A stretch of 64,000 nt of DNA from an uncultured delta proteobacterium (lineage in GTDB: Bacteria > Desulfobacterota > Binatia > UBA9968), in NCBI GenBank assembly GCA_963840855.1, contig CAWJBB010000046.1, forward strand, positions 32,001 to 96,000, read 5' to 3'. Made by a program: the position numbers and the translations under genes. Shown here in pieces: positions 51,018 to 60,648 of this stretch. The notes under the pieces are model-generated. The model worked only from the letters and a program-made list of their open reading frames with translations, was not told where the DNA came from and made no database searches. The first letter of the stretch is position 1; the number at the start of each line of letters is the position of its first letter.

Positions 51018-52691
51018 ATGTTATCCTATTCGGAATCGATCGAGGCTGCAAAAAATCGAAGGGGTGCGGAGAAAACGGACTTGCCGAGCACGGTGGAGGC
51101 CCTGCACCGCTTTCGAGCTTTATCGGGCATGTCCCTAATGCGTAGTTGGGTTTTTTGGCGGGCCGGCGCGAGGTTTGACCGGTCGTGGTTGCCAAGTCTC
51201 ATCGTCGTTGGCGGTATCGCAACGACTATGGCGCTCTCCGTTTCCATCGATAATCAGGAACTGGACCACATCAGGCGCACCATTGACGGCGAGGCCGCGG
51301 CGGTATCCAGAGCTATCCAGAGCACCATCACATGGCACTTCCAATCGCTGCTTCGAATCGCCAAGCGGTGGGAATTCCGTAAGCCATCGATGATCGAATG
51401 GGATGATGACGCCAGACTAGTGCGTGAACATTCCTATGGCTTTGAATTTATTGATTGGGTGGATGCATCATATAAGACGCAATGGTCGGTTTATACGGGT
51501 GGGCGGAAGTCCATCGATACAGACGGCGCGTTTGACGAACCACTGAAAATAGTCCTGGAGAAAGCGCGGCAACGCCAGACGATAATCGTCAGTCGAGTCA
51601 TCGATCTTCCGCCCAAAGGCAAAGGGGTATTGATTTATGTGCCGCTCTTTACCGGTCCCGACCGCGCTAGCTTCGACGGTTTTATCGCCGCTGCCCTGAG
51701 CGTCCCCGCCACGATGACCGGGCTTCTGGACGTTAACCTCTTGCGCCGATACGAGCTTGAGATCTTCGAGGGCGAGACCTTGATTTACACCATGCCCGGC
51801 GCCCAGGGAACCACAAAGAATAGATGGCAACAAGAAGCGGATTTAAAACTCTACGGCGTCGTCTGGTTCGGATCGGTTTGGACGGTTCGCCTGTGGCCGA
51901 CGCCGACCTGGCTCAACGAAATGCATTCGTCGCTCGACAAAATAACGCTCATTACGGGTTTGGGCCTGACCGGGCTTTTAGCCCTCTTGAGTTACTATTT
52001 CAAACTGGCGCGCGAGCGTGAGCGCCAACTCCAGACTGCCAACATCAAACTGCGCAACGAAGACGCTATCAAGAACTCGCTGCGCGAGAAGGAAGTCCTG
52101 CTCAAAGAGATTCACCATCGGGTGAAAAACAATCTGCAGATCATCTCTAGTCTGCTCGATTTACAGACCGGCACGGTGAAGGACCCCCGGGTGCTGCAGT
52201 CATTTCAGGAGAGCCAGCACCGCATCCGCTCGATGGCCCTAATCCACGAGAAACTGTATCAATCGCCGGATCTGGCGGAGGTGGATTTTGCCGACTACCT
52301 GCGCAGTCTGATCGCTTATTTAGTGCGCGCCTATCACATCAGCGAGGCGCAGGTGACGCTGAAGCTGGATACCGAGCCGGTGCGTCTGCGCATCGACACG
52401 GCGATACCGTGCGGGTTGATTCTCAACGAGCTGGTGTCCAATGCGCTTAAGCACGCATTTCCCAACGGCCGGCGCGGAGAGATCGACGTGACGGTGCGGG
52501 CGGAGAAGCCGGAAAGGGCGTCATTGTGGGTGAGCGACAACGGTGTGGGATTGCCGGATGGGATGGATTGGCGGGCGGCGCCGTCGCTGGGGTTGAGGTT
52601 GGTGCATACCTTGACCCAGCAGCTCCATGGCACCCTAGAGGTGGAGACGGCGAACGGAGCCACGTTTCGCCTGAGCTTTCCCCTAACCTGA
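51018..52691 (+). CDS. Membrane sensor histidine kinase (CHASE-like plus HisKA_2/HATPase); start uncertain
   Basis: Two TMs; [31 protein letters not shown]. Confidence 0.9.
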   Translation: MLSYSESIEAAKNRRGAEKTDLPSTVEALHRFRALSGMSLMRSWVFWRAGARFDRSWLPSLIVVGGIATTMALSVSIDNQELDHIRRTIDGEAAAVSRAIQSTITWHFQSLLRIAKRWEFRKPSMIEWDDDARLVREHSYGFEFIDWVDASYKTQWSVYTGGRKSIDTDGAFDEPLKIVLEKARQRQTIIVSRVIDLPPKGKGVLIYVPLFTGPDRASFDGFIAAALSVPATMTGLLDVNLLRRYELEIFEGETLIYTMPGAQGTTKNRWQQEADLKLYGVVWFGSVWTVRLWPTPTWLNEMHSSLDKITLITGLGLTGLLALLSYYFKLARERERQLQTANIKLRNEDAIKNSLREKEVLLKEIHHRVKNNLQIISSLLDLQTGTVKDPRVLQSFQESQHRIRSMALIHEKLYQSPDLAEVDFADYLRSLIAYLVRAYHISEAQVTLKLDTEPVRLRIDTAIPCGLILNELVSNALKHAFPNGRRGEIDVTVRAEKPERASLWVSDNGVGLPDGMDWRAAPSLGLRLVHTLTQQLHGTLEVETANGATFRLSFPLT

Positions 52692-52721
52692 AGAGAGAGG
52701 CATTGCAGCGGGCGTTAAACT

Positions 52722-52870
52722 CCTGAGCCAAATCGGCCACCACCCCATCCGCTCCGGGAGCGGGTTATTGCAGCTTCGGGCTGAACTTTTACTCTTGCGT
52801 CGGGTGCCCGCGTTTTCCATGGCTTGCCCCTTGGTTGTCGAATGTCTACTAACCAACGAACTCCCTAGTA
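52722..52870 (-). ncRNA. Structured non-coding element copy 1 (candidate IS110-type non-coding end / bridge RNA)
   Basis: 149 bp, 135/149 identical to 53469-53617 without gaps; several hairpins; identity as IS110 end is a recalled resemblance, unverified. Confidence 0.5.
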
Positions 52871-53391
52871 GTTGGGCGAGGGTGGCGGGCGCATCACTGA
52901 AAGGAAGTTCCTTTCGTATCTCCGGCTAACTCAAAAATAGGGGCGATGTTCGGCTAAGATACACATCCGCCTTTATCTCCCCACGCCGAAAGGGGTGGTA
53001 TAAGCTTCGGGGTACCTCATACGGAAAGCTGGGTAATTTTTCGCCGGGTCTCACCTAATCTTTTCCGTGTCGTAAGGAACGTTCGCAGGGCTCAAAGCTC
53101 GGCAATTGTCTAACCCAGCTGTACTCGGAAAGCGGGCAGTGATATTGGAGCAGGTAACGATCCCGACCCTCGGCAGATGGAATTGTTGCGGCATTGACGG
53201 GTTGAGATAATCGCGCCAGGGTGGCAACGCATCAGCGAAACGACCCCCGATATTCTTTGAATTCTCACCAGCGCGCGCCAAGTCCATGTTTGACATAGGC
53301 CCGCGTGATCGTCGCTACAACGAGACGATGACCAAGGCCGCATTGTTGGCTATTTGTTGTGGCGCGAACAACAATAAGAAACGTTGCAATC

Positions 53392-53468
53392 TATCAAGGA
53401 GTTCGTAAGTATCTGGACATCGGCGCCTTGAGACCAAGGGACAAACCCTTCCAAGCGCGGGCAATGGG
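53392..53468 (+). ncRNA. Structured non-coding element copy 3 (diverged 5' half, inverted)
   Basis: TATCAAGGAGTTCGT..GACAT..GACCAAGGGACAAACCCT..AAGCGCGGGCA aligns with the reverse complement of copies 1 and 2. Confidence 0.45.
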
Positions 53469-53617
53469 CCTGAGCCATATCGGCCACCGCCCGATCCGCT
53501 CCGAAGGCGGGTTATTGCAGCTTCGGGCTGAACTCTTACTGTTGCGTCGGGTGCCCGCGCTTTCCAGGGCTCGTCCCTTGGTCGTCGAATGTCTACTAAC
53601 CAACGAACTCCTTAGTA
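53469..53617 (-). ncRNA. Structured non-coding element copy 2
   Basis: Minus strand TACTAAGGAGTTCGTTGG...CCGCCTTCGGAGCGG...GGCTCAGG with a C(UUCG)G hairpin. Confidence 0.5.
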
Positions 53618-53728
53618 ATACTTCGGCCACGGACATTTGCAACCGCGGGCTCAGGCTTCACGCCGGCAGCGAAGAGGTTTGTTCGAGATGAACAACTCTA
53701 ACTCCCAGTTGCAGCAGGGCAGTGAAAA

Positions 53729-53925
53729 GAGCATTATCGGTCATTGAGCGAGGGCACTAAAGGCTACGCCATCTTCATGGTGGATCCCCAGGGGCATGTG
53801 GTCAGCTGGAATTCTGGAGCCGAGCGCTGAGAGTGGCGCACGCCTTGATCCAGTAGCTGCATGGCACCCTAGAGATCGAGACGGCGAACGGAGCCACGTT
53901 TCGCCCGGGCTTTCCCATGCATTAG
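53729..53925 (+). pseudogene. Internally deleted PAS-histidine kinase remnant
   Basis: YAIFMVDPQGHVVSWNSGAER (PAS start) joined to a near copy of the last ~30 codons of the 51018 kinase, with an in-frame TAG. Confidence 0.7.
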
Positions 53926-53945
53926 GAGAAAGAAAAGGAGAACGC

Positions 53946-55961
53946 ATGGAGAGCGCACAGATTCTGGTCGTCGAAGACGAAGGCATCGTGGGGTGGCATC
54001 TTGCCCAGCGTCTGCAAGGCCTGGGGCATACGGTGCCGATGGTGGTAGCCTCCGGCCCAGAGGCGGTCCGTCAAGCAGCGGCTATACGACCGGACCTGGT
54101 GTTAATGGACATCCATCTAGATGGGGAGATGGACGGGATCGAAGCCGCCGCACAGATCCGTTCGCAGAGCGATATTCCTGTCGTCTATCTTACAGCCTAC
54201 GCAGATGAGCCCACGCTCGAACGGGCCAAGATCACGGAGCCCTTTGGCTATGTGCTGAAACCCTTCGAAGAACGGGAGCTGCAGATCACCATCGAGATGG
54301 CGCTCTACAAACACCGCATGGAGCGCAGGCTCAGAGAGCGCGAACAGTGGCTGGCCACCATCTTGACCAGCATCGGCGATGCTGTCCTGGCCACAGATCT
54401 GCAGAGCCGCGTGACGTTTATGAATCCGGTGGCTGAGGCGCTGACTGGGTGGAAGAAGGAAGACGCTCTCGGGCGCGCGATCACGGATGTCTGTTCGCTC
54501 AATGACGAAACCGCCCAGCATCCGCTAGAGCACCCGGTCATACAGGCGCTCCGGGAAGGAACCGTAGTGGGAATGAGCAATCATGTGTCTCTGCGCGCCC
54601 CGGATGGCAGAGTCACCCCTGTTGCGGACACTGCGGCGCCCATCTACGATGAGAAGCACAACATTACTGGCGCCGTGCTGCTGTTTCAGGACATGAGCGT
54701 CCGTAGGCGGGCGGAGGAAGCGCTTCAGGCAGAGATGCAAATTGCCACGGCCCTGGCGCAAGTGGGACAAGAGTTGATTGCCGCGCTCGATACCCCCGCA
54801 GTGCTTAACCGCCTCTGTCAACTCACCGCCGAAGTGCTGGGGTGCGAGTACAGTCATACATGGCTCTGGCAATCCCAAGAAGACGCCTACGTGCCGGTCA
54901 CCGGGTGGGGCGATTCATCTGAGCAGTGGGAGGTGCTGCGCGTGCTCCGGCTAACGCGGGTGCAGCTGCGGGACACTCGGTTAGCAGGATTGGAAGAGGG
55001 GGAGCTGGTTGAGATCGAAGCCTCATCTCATAATCTACCCTTGACGGCGCTTTCCGGGCAGTCCGGCGTGAGTCGCATGCTCTGTATTGCGCTGCGGCGA
55101 GGGAACGATCTGCTGGGGATCCAGACCGCTGGCTATCGGCGACAGCAAGCGCCCTTTACGCCCACGCAAGAACGCATGGCCCGGGGTATCGCCCAGTTAG
55201 CTTCCCTGGCCCTCGATAATGCGTGCTTGCTGGAGGAGGCGGAGCGAGCCAATCACCTGAAGTCGAACTTTCTGGCGACCATCTCGCATGAGTTGCGCAC
55301 CCCCCTCAGCATCATCATGGGCTATACCGAACTGCTGCTGGAAGGTGGATTTGGCCCCCTCGCAGCTGAGCAGTCTAGGTCGTTGCGCAAGGTAGACCAG
55401 AGCGCACGAGAGTTACTGGAACTGATCGTCGCCATGCTCAATATCAGCCGCCTGCAGATGGGTCGACTGCCAATCGAAGTGACGGAGGTACCCATAGCTG
55501 ATCTACTCGCGGAGCTGGAAGCAGAGCTGACGGCGCGGGGAGACAAGCCGGAGTTGCGCTTGATCTGGCAGGTTGCGCCAGACCTCCCGTCACTGTCCAC
55601 GGATCGGACCAAACTAAAAATCATTCTCAAGAATCTGCTCGCTAATGCGATAAAGTTCACGGATGTTGGCGAGGTGCGCGTGACGGTCAAAGCGGAGAAC
55701 GAGGGCATCGAGTTTAGCGTAAGTGATACAGGCACCGGAATTGCGCCGGAGGTTCTGCCGATCATTTTTGAGCCTTTCCGCCAGGGAGAGTCGGCGATGA
55801 CGCGCCAATATGGAGGTCTCGGCGTGGGGCTCTACGTAGTACGGCGATTGGTGGAAACGTTGCAGGGCTCGGTATTAGTCAGAAGTGAAGTTGGCAAGGG
55901 CTCGAGCTTCCGGGTCTGGCTGCCATCGAGAGCCCGGGAATCGGCGGTATCGCCAGGTTAA
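53946..55961 (+). CDS. Hybrid kinase REC-PAS-GAF-HisKA-HATPase
   Basis: ILVVEDE, DLVLMD, KPF; FMNPVAEALTGW; SHELRTPL; NAIKFT; ATG 53946 after AAGGAG. Confidence 0.92.
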   Translation: MESAQILVVEDEGIVGWHLAQRLQGLGHTVPMVVASGPEAVRQAAAIRPDLVLMDIHLDGEMDGIEAAAQIRSQSDIPVVYLTAYADEPTLERAKITEPFGYVLKPFEERELQITIEMALYKHRMERRLREREQWLATILTSIGDAVLATDLQSRVTFMNPVAEALTGWKKEDALGRAITDVCSLNDETAQHPLEHPVIQALREGTVVGMSNHVSLRAPDGRVTPVADTAAPIYDEKHNITGAVLLFQDMSVRRRAEEALQAEMQIATALAQVGQELIAALDTPAVLNRLCQLTAEVLGCEYSHTWLWQSQEDAYVPVTGWGDSSEQWEVLRVLRLTRVQLRDTRLAGLEEGELVEIEASSHNLPLTALSGQSGVSRMLCIALRRGNDLLGIQTAGYRRQQAPFTPTQERMARGIAQLASLALDNACLLEEAERANHLKSNFLATISHELRTPLSIIMGYTELLLEGGFGPLAAEQSRSLRKVDQSARELLELIVAMLNISRLQMGRLPIEVTEVPIADLLAELEAELTARGDKPELRLIWQVAPDLPSLSTDRTKLKIILKNLLANAIKFTDVGEVRVTVKAENEGIEFSVSDTGTGIAPEVLPIIFEPFRQGESAMTRQYGGLGVGLYVVRRLVETLQGSVLVRSEVGKGSSFRVWLPSRARESAVSPG

Positions 55962-55987
55962 CCAGGTTAAATAGAAGCGCTCGACTG

Positions 55988-57094
55988 ATGGAACAAGCCC
56001 GGATCATGGTTGTTGAAGATGAAGGCATCGTGGCGTGGCATCTTGCCCAGCAATTGCAGAATATGGGCCATAGTGTGCCGGCGGTGGTCTCGTCCGGCGC
56101 GGACGCGGTCCAGCAAGCGGCGGCCTTACACCTTGATCTGGTCTTGATGGATATCCATCTGCAGGGAGAGATCGACGGGATCGAAGCCGCCGCGCAGATC
56201 CGCGCTCAGGGTGACATACCTGTTGTCTATCTCACCGCCTACGCGGACGAAGCCACCCTTGAACGGGCCAAGATCACCGGACCCTTTGGTTATGTGCTGA
56301 AACCCTTCGAAGAACGGGAACTGCGCGCGACCATCGAGATGGTGCTTTTCAAGCACCGAATGGAAAAAAACCTGAACCAACAACGGGCCGAGTTTCTCGC
56401 CATGCTGACCCATGACATCAAGAATCCGCTTTCGGTGATCTTGGGGTATACGGAAATGCTCAATGAGCTGGTGAAAGCTGGCGATTTGACGAAGGCGGCA
56501 GATATTTCCGCCATAATGAAAAGCAACGTGCTGACCGTGCATTCCCTGGTAAGCAACTATCTATATCTTTCCACGCGAGAGGCAGGACACCTGCACGTCG
56601 TCCGCAAGCCCATGGCTATCAATGATATCTTGCAGCAAGTGGCGCAGCACTACGCGGCCGAGGCCCAACGGCGAAATCATCGCCTGCAACTCGAGTTAGC
56701 AGAGAACTTACCTTCCCTGGAGGGTAACCCCGAAGCGTTGGAGCGGGTTTTTGCCAACCTGCTGGATAATGCCATGAAGTTCATGGCTGCGCCGGGAATA
56801 GTGACACTCGGATCCAAGTTTTGCGGGGGTGAGGTCGTAATCACAGTTGCCGACACTGGGCCCGGGATTTCCCGGGAAGAGCTTCCCCTGATGTTTGAAA
56901 AATACCAGCGCGCATCGAAGGATCAATTCCGTAAGGGTTCGGGACTGGGACTATTCATCGCCCAGGAGCTAATCAAAGAGCACGGAGGCCGGATCGAAGT
57001 CACGAGCATCCTCGGTGAGGGTACGTGCTTTACGATCTGCTTGCCTGTCGTCACCCCAGACGCTGGCCAACTGCAGCTAACGCAGAGCGCTTGA
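55988..57094 (+). CDS. Hybrid kinase REC-HisKA-HATPase
   Basis: IMVVEDE, THDIKNPL, NLLDNAMKF, GSGLGL. Confidence 0.92.
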   Translation: MEQARIMVVEDEGIVAWHLAQQLQNMGHSVPAVVSSGADAVQQAAALHLDLVLMDIHLQGEIDGIEAAAQIRAQGDIPVVYLTAYADEATLERAKITGPFGYVLKPFEERELRATIEMVLFKHRMEKNLNQQRAEFLAMLTHDIKNPLSVILGYTEMLNELVKAGDLTKAADISAIMKSNVLTVHSLVSNYLYLSTREAGHLHVVRKPMAINDILQQVAQHYAAEAQRRNHRLQLELAENLPSLEGNPEALERVFANLLDNAMKFMAAPGIVTLGSKFCGGEVVITVADTGPGISREELPLMFEKYQRASKDQFRKGSGLGLFIAQELIKEHGGRIEVTSILGEGTCFTICLPVVTPDAGQLQLTQSA

Positions 57095-57728
57095 TGGAGC
57101 CGAAACCAAAAGCTCCGCTATTCGCCGATGTCCAGCAACACGCCGTCCGGATCGGCGAACACATGCTTTCCGAGCGGGCAACTCTGTAGGTCCTTTTCCA
57201 AATCTGCACCGCTTCTTCCCATTGTGATTTTGCGGGGAGCGGATTCGGGAAAATTCTTGTTAAAGCTTTTGCATGCGTCGCTTACGATGGTGATTCTCAT
57301 TCATGAAAAAACAGATCGATAAATAAATCACGAATGCGAAATCCATTGGGACCGCCTAAGCCACTCGCCTGGGCGTCCGCCTGGGCTGCGGCACGAGAGC
57401 GCGCGATCGATCGCCGTCGCCATGGCTTCTCCGTCAGCATTATTGCGTCTGACGGACAAACGGGCCCTGAGCGAGCCGCTCATGCGGACGAGAAGCGGTC
57501 TTAAGATCTAAACATCGCCGCGATTTTCAAAGATCGGAAAAAATGACCCTCCGCCGGTTTCAATTATAAATAGTTACCTCGTTCACTTCTTTTGTGAAAA
57601 GCGAAATTTTTCGTGCGCCTGTTCTTGGCACAACGATTGCTCGAATTTTAATACCGGGGTTGCATTGCGAGTTGGTTCCTACGCCTATTGTGCTCGAATA
57701 GCAGTAACTCCTGCAGGAGACATTAACG

Positions 57729-58323
57729 ATGAAACTTACGTTGAGCGTTATCAAAGCCGACATCGGCTCTGTCGGCGGCCATATCTGTCCGTCGCAACGT
57801 CTCGTCCAGACAGTGCGCGGCTTTGTCAGCGAGCATGGATCAAAGCTCCTGCTCGATAGCTACGTCAGCTACACCGGCGACGACATCGCGATCGTGAGCA
57901 CCCATGCTCCGACATCGGCAGCATCGCGGCGCCGAAGAAACCCTGGCGGCGCATGTCGATAGCTTTTTTAGAGACCGCATCGCGCACGGTATCCCAGAAC
58001 GGATGCGCGAAGGCATCTACGGGCTCGGTCATTTTACCCTTGTGCATGGCGAAGGCGGCGCAGCTTACTACAGGCGGCCCATTGAAGTAACTGATGCCGG
58101 AATTGAGCGCCACCGGCATAAGCGGCATCTGGTGCGAGCCGCGCATGGAGCCTGCCACATAAGGGCCGGTTACGTAAGGCGCGAGCACCTCGCCGGTGGC
58201 TGGAAAATCTTTCTGCACGCGCACCAGCATTACCGGATCGTCTTTGCCCGTGTATTTGCCGGCGATGTTATGCAGCCGCGATGTTGACACCGCGGCGGCT
58301 TGTTCTCCGGTGCTGCGCGACCA
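57729..58323. pseudogene. fbp: Fructose-1,6-bisphosphate aldolase/phosphatase (class V FBPase) broken by deletion and inversion
   Basis: Plus strand 57729-57905 TLSVIKADIGSVGGH..GDDIAI; minus strand 58323-57906 RLHNIAGKYTGKDDP..MRGSH..GPP. Confidence 0.85.
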
Positions 58324-58386
58324 CGCTGTCGCGAAGCGGGACCCTTCGCAAAGAAGTTGCGCTTTAAAAACAAGCTGGTCAGTTTA
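58324..58386 (+). mobile_element. Possible tiny IS4-family transposase fragment
   Basis: RCREAGPFAKKLRFKNKLVSL resembles the KFRFKNKLxSLD segment of IS4/DUF4372 transposases, from memory. Confidence 0.35.
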
Positions 58387-58610
58387 GCTGCACTTGGTTT
58401 TGGATCACGATGGGTATCTGCCTTGTTTTGCGGTGGTCACGGACGAGTAGGGAACAGCTGGCCCGACGCTACTCCACCTACGCCCGATTCCGGTCGAGGG
58501 CGACTGAACTGTCGCGCGATCCGGTATCGTTCGACACCTCGCCGGGCCGGGTGTGGGTTATAGAGGCAAGACCGTCTCGTGCACAATCTGTTGTAAAATT
58601 CTGTGACCAC

Positions 58611-58659
58611 TTGACTAGATCTGGTGTTTGAGCGTATAAGTTAGTTAATCTAACTAACT
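58611..58659 (+). promoter_or_regulatory. Promoter with overlapping palindromic operator upstream of XRE
   Basis: TTGACT (58611) N18 TATAAG; perfect inverted repeat AGTTAGTTA-ATC-TAACTAACT at 58639-58659. Confidence 0.7.
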
Positions 58660-58672
58660 AGAAGGCCGCTAC

Positions 58673-58966
58673 TTGGAATCATTCGGGAAAATTCTAAAGA
58701 AGCTCAGGATGGAGAAGGGGTTGACGCTGCGCCAGTTGGCCGCCGCTGTCGACAGTAACTTTGCTTACCTAAGCCAATTGGAAGCTGACCTGGCAAAACC
58801 GGGTGAAGAACTGGTGAAGCGGATCGCCAAGTACTTCGGCGAGGACGAAGAGCGACTAATATTTTTGGCTCGTGGCATACCTGCGCAGATTCAAGAAATA
58901 AAAGACAAATTTCCGAATATCGCGCCGTCATATTTCAGAAAGGCAGCGAAGAAAGAGGAAAAATGA
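58673..58966 (+). CDS. XRE-family HTH regulator (ImmR-like)
   Basis: LKKLRMEKGLTLRQLA..YLSQLE. Confidence 0.9.
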   Translation: MESFGKILKKLRMEKGLTLRQLAAAVDSNFAYLSQLEADLAKPGEELVKRIAKYFGEDEERLIFLARGIPAQIQEIKDKFPNIAPSYFRKAAKKEEK

Positions 58967-59841
58967 TTCCTTACCTTCGACGAGAACTGATACGGCAACA
59001 CGCCACCGAGGCTAGAAGCCTCTACGAGAAACGAATCGGACGACCGGTTAACTATCCTCTCAACGTAGAGGATTTTTTTTATGCGCTGTTTGGCTTGGAG
59101 ACGGTCTACGACACGGAGGGCAAACTGAACGGGCTCGGGGACGGAATTATCGGATGCCTTTTTCCGGACGGACACCGATCGCCGTTCGGTGGGAAAGACA
59201 AGATCATAGCGGTTAATTTAACGTCCGCGGCTGGGTTTGACCCGGCTGTATTCAGTGAACGGCATACCATCGCCCATGAGGGAATGGGCCACTACGTGTT
59301 GCACTTTCTCAAAGGGGTGACCGCGATGACCGTAGAACGTCCCACCTATTGCCGGACCGGTGGCAAGAAAGACCCAATGGAGTGGCAATCCGATTTCGCA
59401 GCGGGCGAACTTATTCAACCGGCGGATAAAATCGCTTGGCTACTCGACGGCAAGCAGCCCGGAGAAATCGTCAATCTGGAACTCTACGAAGAGAACTATC
59501 GGGAGTATTTCGGCGCCAATCGTATGATGATGGAAGCGCGACTCAAAGCGCTGGATTACAAGCTGCTGAACGCGAAATATCCCTGGGCCGATTACGCAAA
59601 GGAACAAAAACACGGGGTATCAAAACTGCAGCAGGAAAGGGATCGACCGCGAGATACTCATAGGCCGCGTGCAAGTTTTGACGATATATTTGGAAAGCCT
59701 GTTTTTAGCTCTTTCGATAAAGACTTCTCGTCAATCTTTGGTGACGCGACAACGTTGAAGCCAGGTTGGAAAAGCAACCTCGACCGAATGGTTAAGTCGG
59801 AGATTTATCAGAATCGAAAGGGCAAACCGAATGGGCGCTAA
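58963..59841 (+). CDS. ImmA/IrrE-family metallopeptidase
   Basis: RHTIAHEGMGHYVLH (HExxxH variant), MEWQSDFAAGELI; ATGA overlap with XRE. Confidence 0.85.
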   Translation: MIPYLRRELIRQHATEARSLYEKRIGRPVNYPLNVEDFFYALFGLETVYDTEGKLNGLGDGIIGCLFPDGHRSPFGGKDKIIAVNLTSAAGFDPAVFSERHTIAHEGMGHYVLHFLKGVTAMTVERPTYCRTGGKKDPMEWQSDFAAGELIQPADKIAWLLDGKQPGEIVNLELYEENYREYFGANRMMMEARLKALDYKLLNAKYPWADYAKEQKHGVSKLQQERDRPRDTHRPRASFDDIFGKPVFSSFDKDFSSIFGDATTLKPGWKSNLDRMVKSEIYQNRKGKPNGR

Positions 59842-60181
59842 GCTAACCGTCAAGCCTGGGAGCGGAGAGAGCGTACTGACTGCGGCAGAGCTTAAAGTCC
59901 TCGAAGCGGTTCGCCAAGAGGAGTTCAGTAAGGTTACGATCCATAAACGCCAAGGGAAAATTCTCAATATCGAGACTGAAGAGGATATTCCGCCAAGCGA
60001 TTTGGACGATAAAACCGGAGCTGTCATCGTGCGGAACATGGCGGATTACGAGTCCGTAACCCTTAGTAAGCATCAAGGCAAAACAGTTAAAGCGCGACGA
60101 ACTAGACCAATGCCACTTACCGAACAGGAGAACAGAACGGCAGAGTCCTCACGGGCAGGGGTCGATAAGACAAAACGATAA
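59831..60181 (+). CDS. Hypothetical protein with two internal repeats
   Basis: EFSKVTIHKRQGKI and DYESVTLSKHQGKT; overlaps the upstream gene. Confidence 0.65.
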   Translation: MGAKLTVKPGSGESVLTAAELKVLEAVRQEEFSKVTIHKRQGKILNIETEEDIPPSDLDDKTGAVIVRNMADYESVTLSKHQGKTVKARRTRPMPLTEQENRTAESSRAGVDKTKR

Positions 60182-60309
60182 AGTGCGGTTCGCGGCGACA
60201 GCATGATCCTGAGCCGCGGCACAAATCGAAGCATAAACTTACCGCGTCGGCAGTGCGAACCTGAGAGGCGGCCAAGACGGAGCATACGAGATGCTGAAAG
60301 GCTCTTTTC

Positions 60310-60648
60310 ATGTTCAGTTTGGAACGCTGCCGAAGCATCCTCGGGCGTGAGTGCGCGCTAGATGACGAGCAACTGACCAGGCTCCGTGACCAGCTTTATG
60401 GGTTGGCCGATGTCGTTACCGAGGAATTACGTGTTCAAAGAGAAATCTATGGAGATGTCGAATCGGAAGATTCGGGTCCAGCAGATTATCGGGCGGCGTT
60501 AAAGCTGCTGCCAGAAAACGAGCGAGATGATGTCGAAGAACGAGCGGCGATTACCGAGTTTGAGGGTGGCGCGGACCGAGACGAGGCCGAACGAAAAGCC
60601 ATTCTCGGATCACTCCAAACCCGAAGTGAAAAGAAAGACCGAAACTAA
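60310..60648 (+). CDS. Small hypothetical protein coupled to the recombinase
   Basis: MFSLERCRSILG..DDEQLTRLRDQLYGLA plus EERAAITEFEGG motif; overlaps the recombinase start. Confidence 0.7.
   Translation: MFSLERCRSILGRECALDDEQLTRLRDQLYGLADVVTEELRVQREIYGDVESEDSGPADYRAALKLLPENERDDVEERAAITEFEGGADRDEAERKAILGSLQTRSEKKDRN

Noticed and set aside
52969-53005. IS200/IS605-like end hairpin (CGCCTTTATCTCCCCACGCCGAAAGGGGTGG)
   Set aside because: Short and degenerate; no tnpA or tnpB nearby, so it cannot be supported.
52722-53617. c-di-GMP-I (GEMM) riboswitch, suggested by GGGCAAGCC..GACGCAA
   Set aside because: The GAAA-tetraloop stem and receptor are not formed, the motif is not kept in the other copies, and no gene lies downstream on that strand.
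53051-53691. Short ORFs over the repeated elements
   Set aside because: No recognisable motifs or RBS; copy 1 has no equivalent ORF in the track.
57118-57200. VOC/glyoxalase C-terminal fragment (FADPDGVLLDIGE)
   Set aside because: Too short to call with confidence.
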